DNA of 64,000 nucleotides from Candidatus Saccharimonadales bacterium (GTDB lineage Bacteria; Patescibacteriota; Saccharimonadia; Saccharimonadales; UBA4665): the NCBI GenBank assembly GCA_035758575.1, contig DASTXH010000017.1, positions 22,945 to 86,944 on the forward strand, written 5' to 3'. The position numbers and the translations under genes were made by a program. Under the pieces are notes generated by a model that saw only the letters and a program-made list of their open reading frames with translations, had not been told where the DNA came from and did no database searches. This document shows positions 60,165 to 64,000 of this stretch, in pieces (position 1 is the first letter of the stretch; each line of letters starts with the position of its first letter).

Positions 60165-60255
60165 TGTCATCTAGCGTAATGCTCTTGTCTACAACATCAT
60201 TCTCTCGGGCGACAATTGAGAAAAATCTCTATAAGCGTGTAGAACATGGCTATTA

Positions 60256-61563
60256 TTATAACACTTTACTATATTTAGTCAACAGTTGCCTCGTCAAAAC
60301 AATTTCGTCCCAAGGATGCTCGCCGTCGGCACGCTCTATGGTTTTTTCATGGCCTTTGCCCAGCAGCAATACCGTATCGCCTTTTTGTGCACGTTTTAAG
60401 GTAAAGGCTATAGCCTGCTTACGGTCGTGCACCAAGAACAAATTTTTATCACGAGTTTTGCCCGCCGCCTCGGCGCCACTGGCGATCTGGTTCAGAATTT
60501 GCATGCCATCGATATCTCGGTCGTCTTCTTCGGTCAGGATCACTTCGTCGGCATACTCGCCGGCCAGCCTGCCCTGTACTGCCCGTTTTGCTTCGTCGCG
60601 CCGGCCGGCGCTGCCGAACATCACGATCATTCTGCCCTTTACGACCGGCCGTAAATCTTTGAATAATTTTTCGAAGCTGTCCGGAGTATGCGCATAGTCC
60701 ACGATCACGTCGAAATCCTGACCCTCGTCTATCGTCGTCATACGTCCTGCAACGCCCTGTAAAGCGGCAATCCCCTGCTCTATCTGCTTTTTGTTCAAGC
60801 CCAGCGCCCGGCCTACACAGACTGCCGCCAAGCTGTTCTGCACATAAAACTCACCAGGAATGTGGCATACGATGTCGTAGCTGTCGCTCCCGGCTACGGC
60901 CGTATACCGGCTGCCACTTGGCGTACATTTAACGTCCTTTGCACGCACATCGCCGCCGTGCACACCATACAGTATCGGATGCGGGGTGGTATGCGCAAAG
61001 CGCTCGCCCTGCGTATCATCTGCATTGGCAATGCCTGTTTGCAAACCTTTCTTGTTTGCCGCCACCAGTCTGAACAAACGTCGCTTCGCCTCACTGTAGC
61101 GCTCAAATGTCTTGTGATAATCAAGGTGCTCGTGAGTGATATTGGTGAGTACGCCTACAGAAAAAGGTACGCCCCACACCCTGTACTGCGCCAAAGCCTG
61201 GCTCGTCACTTCCAACACCAGCCAATCTATTTTCTGCTCACGCATCCATTGCAGCCGGCGCATCAGCTCCGGCACTGGCACATTGGTGTAGTGATGAACC
61301 TGCTGGCGAATATCGTCGTCCACACCATACGACACGGTGGTCATAATGCCAGTCTTATAGCCGGCGCTGACCAGCATACGGTGAATAAAAAAGGCAGTCG
61401 ATGTTTTACCGTTTGTGCCCGTTACGCCAATCACCTTCATATCCCGCCCCGGGAAACCATGCATAGTATTCAACAATACAGCCTCGCCGAGATGGCCGTA
61501 GGGCTCAATTGCATGGAATGCGCTAGCAGGGATGACTTTTTTAACAACTCTACGGATATTCAT
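60256..61563 (-). CDS. murE: Mur ligase family protein (MurE-like UDP-MurNAc-tripeptide synthetase, short N-terminus)
   Basis: 435 aa with VIGVTGTNGKTSTAFF P-loop, the central domain motif NITHEHLDYH and a C-terminal domain. The P-loop is at residue ~50 instead of ~110. Confidence 0.8.
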   Translation of the reverse strand: MNIRRVVKKVIPASAFHAIEPYGHLGEAVLLNTMHGFPGRDMKVIGVTGTNGKTSTAFFIHRMLVSAGYKTGIMTTVSYGVDDDIRQQVHHYTNVPVPELMRRLQWMREQKIDWLVLEVTSQALAQYRVWGVPFSVGVLTNITHEHLDYHKTFERYSEAKRRLFRLVAANKKGLQTGIANADDTQGERFAHTTPHPILYGVHGGDVRAKDVKCTPSGSRYTAVAGSDSYDIVCHIPGEFYVQNSLAAVCVGRALGLNKKQIEQGIAALQGVAGRMTTIDEGQDFDVIVDYAHTPDSFEKLFKDLRPVVKGRMIVMFGSAGRRDEAKRAVQGRLAGEYADEVILTEEDDRDIDGMQILNQIASGAEAAGKTRDKNLFLVHDRKQAIAFTLKRAQKGDTVLLLGKGHEKTIERADGEHPWDEIVLTRQLLTKYSKVL

Positions 61564-61609
61564 ATCCTTAGTATACGTCTAAGAATATCCGAACTCTAGA
61601 TGGAAACTG

Positions 61610-62638
61610 TTAGGCGGTCTTGGCCGTCTTGATAATTGTGGCCGTCATGTCATCTGCCCGCTTGCCGCCCATTCCTTGGGCGCCGCGCACACGCATGTCA
61701 TCTGTTTGAGATGTGCGAGCATATGCGGCATGCACGATCACTTTCGCACCCAGCGCCGGGTTGCCAAGATCTGCGAACAGCTCGGCCACAGCTGCAGTGA
61801 ACTGGCCGTCACCGTCAAGGGATTGATCATGTTTCAACAGTTCGCGTATCCTGCTATCTTTAGGCAACCGACCCGTCTCTGCCATCGTCATAAGGTCTAA
61901 TAGTTCCGGGTCAGTTAGGAGATCGTGGATGCCGTCAGTACAGAGCAATAGCCTATCCCCAGGCAACATCCTAAAAGAATGCAGCTCCAAAGCCGGTTCC
62001 TTCTCGTAGCTATGATACCCAACAGCTCGGTTGCGAATCGCAAACTGGCCAAGGAATTGGCCTAAGTCGGCCGTCTTTGTGGCATCGGCCATTACTACCT
62101 GCGCCTCTTTGGTATGTGTTTTGCCACCGTTGTCGAGGGTAAGCACCTGGAACGTATCGCCTCTCATAGGGCTGTCTAGGTAGGCCCGCGTGTCACCAAC
62201 GTTAAAAACCGTAACGTGTGTCTGCTCTGGCTGGTGCCGCCCATTGGGTAGAGCATGTGCAGGCACGTCATAAAACCTTGCACCCACCACAACAGATCCT
62301 ATGCCTCGCTTATTTGGATCAGCTTTTACTATATCCGCATACGTCTGTGCACCTGCAGCCTTTATCGCGTTGGTAACGTCCTGATCGGTTGTTTGCCAGC
62401 GCGGAACGTCAAGGTAATTACTCATGCTTTTTATCACCTGCGCAGAAGCAACTTCACCGCTAGCTTCACCACCCATACCATCGGCTACAATAAAAGTATA
62501 CGTTCCTTCGAAATGAGCATCCTCATTGCGATGCGGATGATCTTCACTGGCAAGGCTATACGACCCCGCAACGGGGTGTAGTGCTAATCGCTCGTAGTGC
62601 TGTTTTGGCGCATTAAGCTGTTCTTCGTGCATAACCAC
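61610..62638 (-). CDS. PP2C-family Ser/Thr protein phosphatase with C-terminal extension
   Basis: 342 aa with FIVADGMGGEASGEVAS (motif II) and LLLCTDGIHD. Confidence 0.85.
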   Translation of the reverse strand: MVMHEEQLNAPKQHYERLALHPVAGSYSLASEDHPHRNEDAHFEGTYTFIVADGMGGEASGEVASAQVIKSMSNYLDVPRWQTTDQDVTNAIKAAGAQTYADIVKADPNKRGIGSVVVGARFYDVPAHALPNGRHQPEQTHVTVFNVGDTRAYLDSPMRGDTFQVLTLDNGGKTHTKEAQVVMADATKTADLGQFLGQFAIRNRAVGYHSYEKEPALELHSFRMLPGDRLLLCTDGIHDLLTDPELLDLMTMAETGRLPKDSRIRELLKHDQSLDGDGQFTAAVAELFADLGNPALGAKVIVHAAYARTSQTDDMRVRGAQGMGGKRADDMTATIIKTAKTA

Positions 62639-62681
62639 ACATTAGCATATTATGCATTTTTATGCAATAATATACATACAT

Positions 62682-62999
62682 TCAACGCTGGGCCGGTGTA
62701 CGTCGGTTAGACACTATTTCTTCTGCAGCATCCAACATGGTTGCTTCAAAAAGCTCACGATATTTTACAGGAAGCGCGGCTTCGGCCCATTGCATGATCT
62801 CTTCCGGTGTTTTGCCTGCACTTTGCATATCAACGATGTGTTCTGCCTGATCATCGGTCAGCAAGCTTGGAACTACGGAAGCCAACCGACTCTGCGTAAG
62901 CCGCACCATCTGCTGCACTGTCGCCACTTTCACTTCCTTGCTCTCCTTGTCGAGCCCAAGAATAGTCAGTGCCTGTTCGTACAACTGCGTATCGGTCAT
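62682..62999 (-). CDS. Small helical hypothetical protein
   Basis: 105-aa ORF between the PP2C gene and the upstream ORF. No motif. Confidence 0.45.
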   Translation of the reverse strand: MTDTQLYEQALTILGLDKESKEVKVATVQQMVRLTQSRLASVVPSLLTDDQAEHIVDMQSAGKTPEEIMQWAEAALPVKYRELFEATMLDAAEEIVSNRRTPAQR

Positions 63000-63026
63000 A
63001 CCTGAATCCTTTTTTTATTTTCTACG

Positions 63027-64000
63027 TTATTTACCAAATGTAAGTTCGGCCGCATCAAACAGCTTCTGCAGTGCAGGGCTCAGCTGATGACCGTCCATAG
63101 TGACTTGCTGGTAGCCATTGATCTCAGCTATGGCGAAATGGTGACCCGCTAAGTCCGGGAAAAGTCGCTGAACATTACCGCCGTCTAAATTAAGGATGTC
63201 GACGGTACGTTGCACGGGCACCATAGGCTGCTGTGGGTTTAGCTGTGCGCCGATATTTGCTGGGTAGCCACCGTCGTTCTTAGGGCCACTCGTTACGCCG
63301 GAACCTACTTCAGATCCCTTTGTTGGCTGAGGGGTTTGCGGCTTCTGCTGCTGGACATTGATGTTCGTGCTGCCGTTATTAGCGTGTGTTGTTTGGGCCG
63401 AGGGTGTTTGGTGCCCAAGATCATAGGCCACTGTATGGCCGATTTCACCGGCAGCTACCGCACCGCCGAAGACTGCGGCGCCAGTCCTTGCGGACGCATT
63501 ACGACGGTTTTTGTTCGTTTCAATTGCCTGACGTCGAACCTCTGCGATATTGGATGTGATGTTTGGCACGTCACCATCTTGTTCATGCTGTAGGTTGTTG
63601 TTGAACTGCTCCACCTGCTCGATCTGTCTCTCTGATCTGTCTAAAATACGGCGGCGGTTCGTTCTAACTTCCAGTCGGTTGGCGTCCTCTGCCATACGAG
63701 CGCCGGCTTGGTAGCCAACGACACTGGCAACGGCGGGCATGATAACGTTACTGCCCGCGCCGCCGCTTACGACATTTTCAAGCCAGCCTGCACCGAATCC
63801 GACTGCCGCAGTTACGGCGACCATACCGAGCCGCACTGCGCGGCCGCGGTTTGTCTCGTCATTCATTTGCTGCGCCAGGATATTACGACCTTGTGCAGCT
63901 CGCAAACTTGTAGGATCAACTAGCTCAGCCTGCCGCGAGATAATGGCATTCTCGATGTCGATAAGCTCGTTGTACCTGAACGTTACTTCCGAATGCCAGC
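63027..64000 (-). CDS. Hypothetical membrane-associated protein, 5' end outside the window
   Basis: The frame stays open to the window end (…WHSEVTFRYNELIDIENAIISRQAELVDPTSLRAAQGRN…), so the TTG at 63905 in the ORF track is probably not the start. It has Gly/Ala-rich hydrophobic segments and a Q/N/T-rich linker. Confidence 0.5.
   Translation of the reverse strand, partial: WHSEVTFRYNELIDIENAIISRQAELVDPTSLRAAQGRNILAQQMNDETNRGRAVRLGMVAVTAAVGFGAGWLENVVSGGAGSNVIMPAVASVVGYQAGARMAEDANRLEVRTNRRRILDRSERQIEQVEQFNNNLQHEQDGDVPNITSNIAEVRRQAIETNKNRRNASARTGAAVFGGAVAAGEIGHTVAYDLGHQTPSAQTTHANNGSTNINVQQQKPQTPQPTKGSEVGSGVTSGPKNDGGYPANIGAQLNPQQPMVPVQRTVDILNLDGGNVQRLFPDLAGHHFAIAEINGYQQVTMDGHQLSPALQKLFDAAELTFGK

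Noticed and set aside
57362-60255. The repeated intergenic elements as integron attC sites (a gene-cassette array) or as a CRISPR array.
   Set aside because: There are no GTTRRRY / RYYYAAC core sites at the element ends and no integrase nearby. The elements carry promoter-like sequences and canonical U-tract terminators. Only three copies exist, separated by ~0.8-1.4-kb genes rather than 30-40-nt spacers, so this is not a CRISPR array.
1-64000. Prophage, transposon, genomic island, CRISPR-Cas, tRNA or rRNA genes anywhere in the window.
   Set aside because: No integrase, transposase, recombinase, capsid, terminase or cas-like ORFs were seen. No short-period direct repeat arrays were seen. No cloverleaf-compatible 70-90-nt segments were found in the intergenic spacers I inspected.

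Overview
The window is a dense, mostly minus-strand chromosomal segment of about 60 protein genes. It has no rRNA, tRNA, CRISPR array, transposase or integrase. Gene content suggests a small-genome, Gram-positive-type bacterium, possibly Patescibacteria/Saccharibacteria-like; this taxonomic call is inference only. Supporting content: a type IV pilus operon, an LPXTG-like surface protein, RNase J, a DciA-like protein, many orphan proteins and little biosynthesis.

Recognisable blocks:
- Pilus operon: a TPR protein, a 760-aa secreted protein, pilM/N/O-like genes, pilB and pilT.
- ychF, a Crp-family regulator, tlyA and efp.
- rpsF-ssb-rpsR.
- A PfkB kinase with ahcY.
- ftsK, rnj, a uracil-DNA glycosylase, pnp-rpsO and rpsT.
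- holA-mutM, polA and a P-type ATPase.
- dnaG-rpoD followed by three orphan genes.
- orn, msrB, mscL and argS.
- Phosphosugar isomerase genes.
- groES-groEL with tandem CIRCE operators.
- A Mur ligase and a PP2C phosphatase.

The two most unusual things are non-coding:
1. A gene-free region of about 600 nt (29557-30155) between convergent rpsT and holA. It is packed with nested perfect helices and closed by a terminal helix. It is a candidate large structured ncRNA, or alternatively a foldback MITE.
2. A four-gene orphan cluster (56620-60071) between the Mur ligase and groES, encoding a 190-aa protein, a protein-kinase-like protein, a P-loop ATPase and a 247-aa protein. Each of its three transcription units is preceded by a copy of one leader element.

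The leader element in the cluster contains short leader ORFs and mutually exclusive antiterminator and terminator helices, ending in a U-tract terminator just before the gene. The differences between copies fall in loops, a bulge, a U-A to U-G stem position and synonymous codon positions.

A third oddity is a 250-nt foldback or pseudoknot-capable spacer that splits ssb from rpsR.

Protein-level oddities:
- DnaG lacks all four zinc ligands.
- EF-P has Arg at the modified-loop position.
- A DHH-family pseudoenzyme carries a Pro-rich tail.
- A deaminase-fold protein has a long insert between its zinc motifs.
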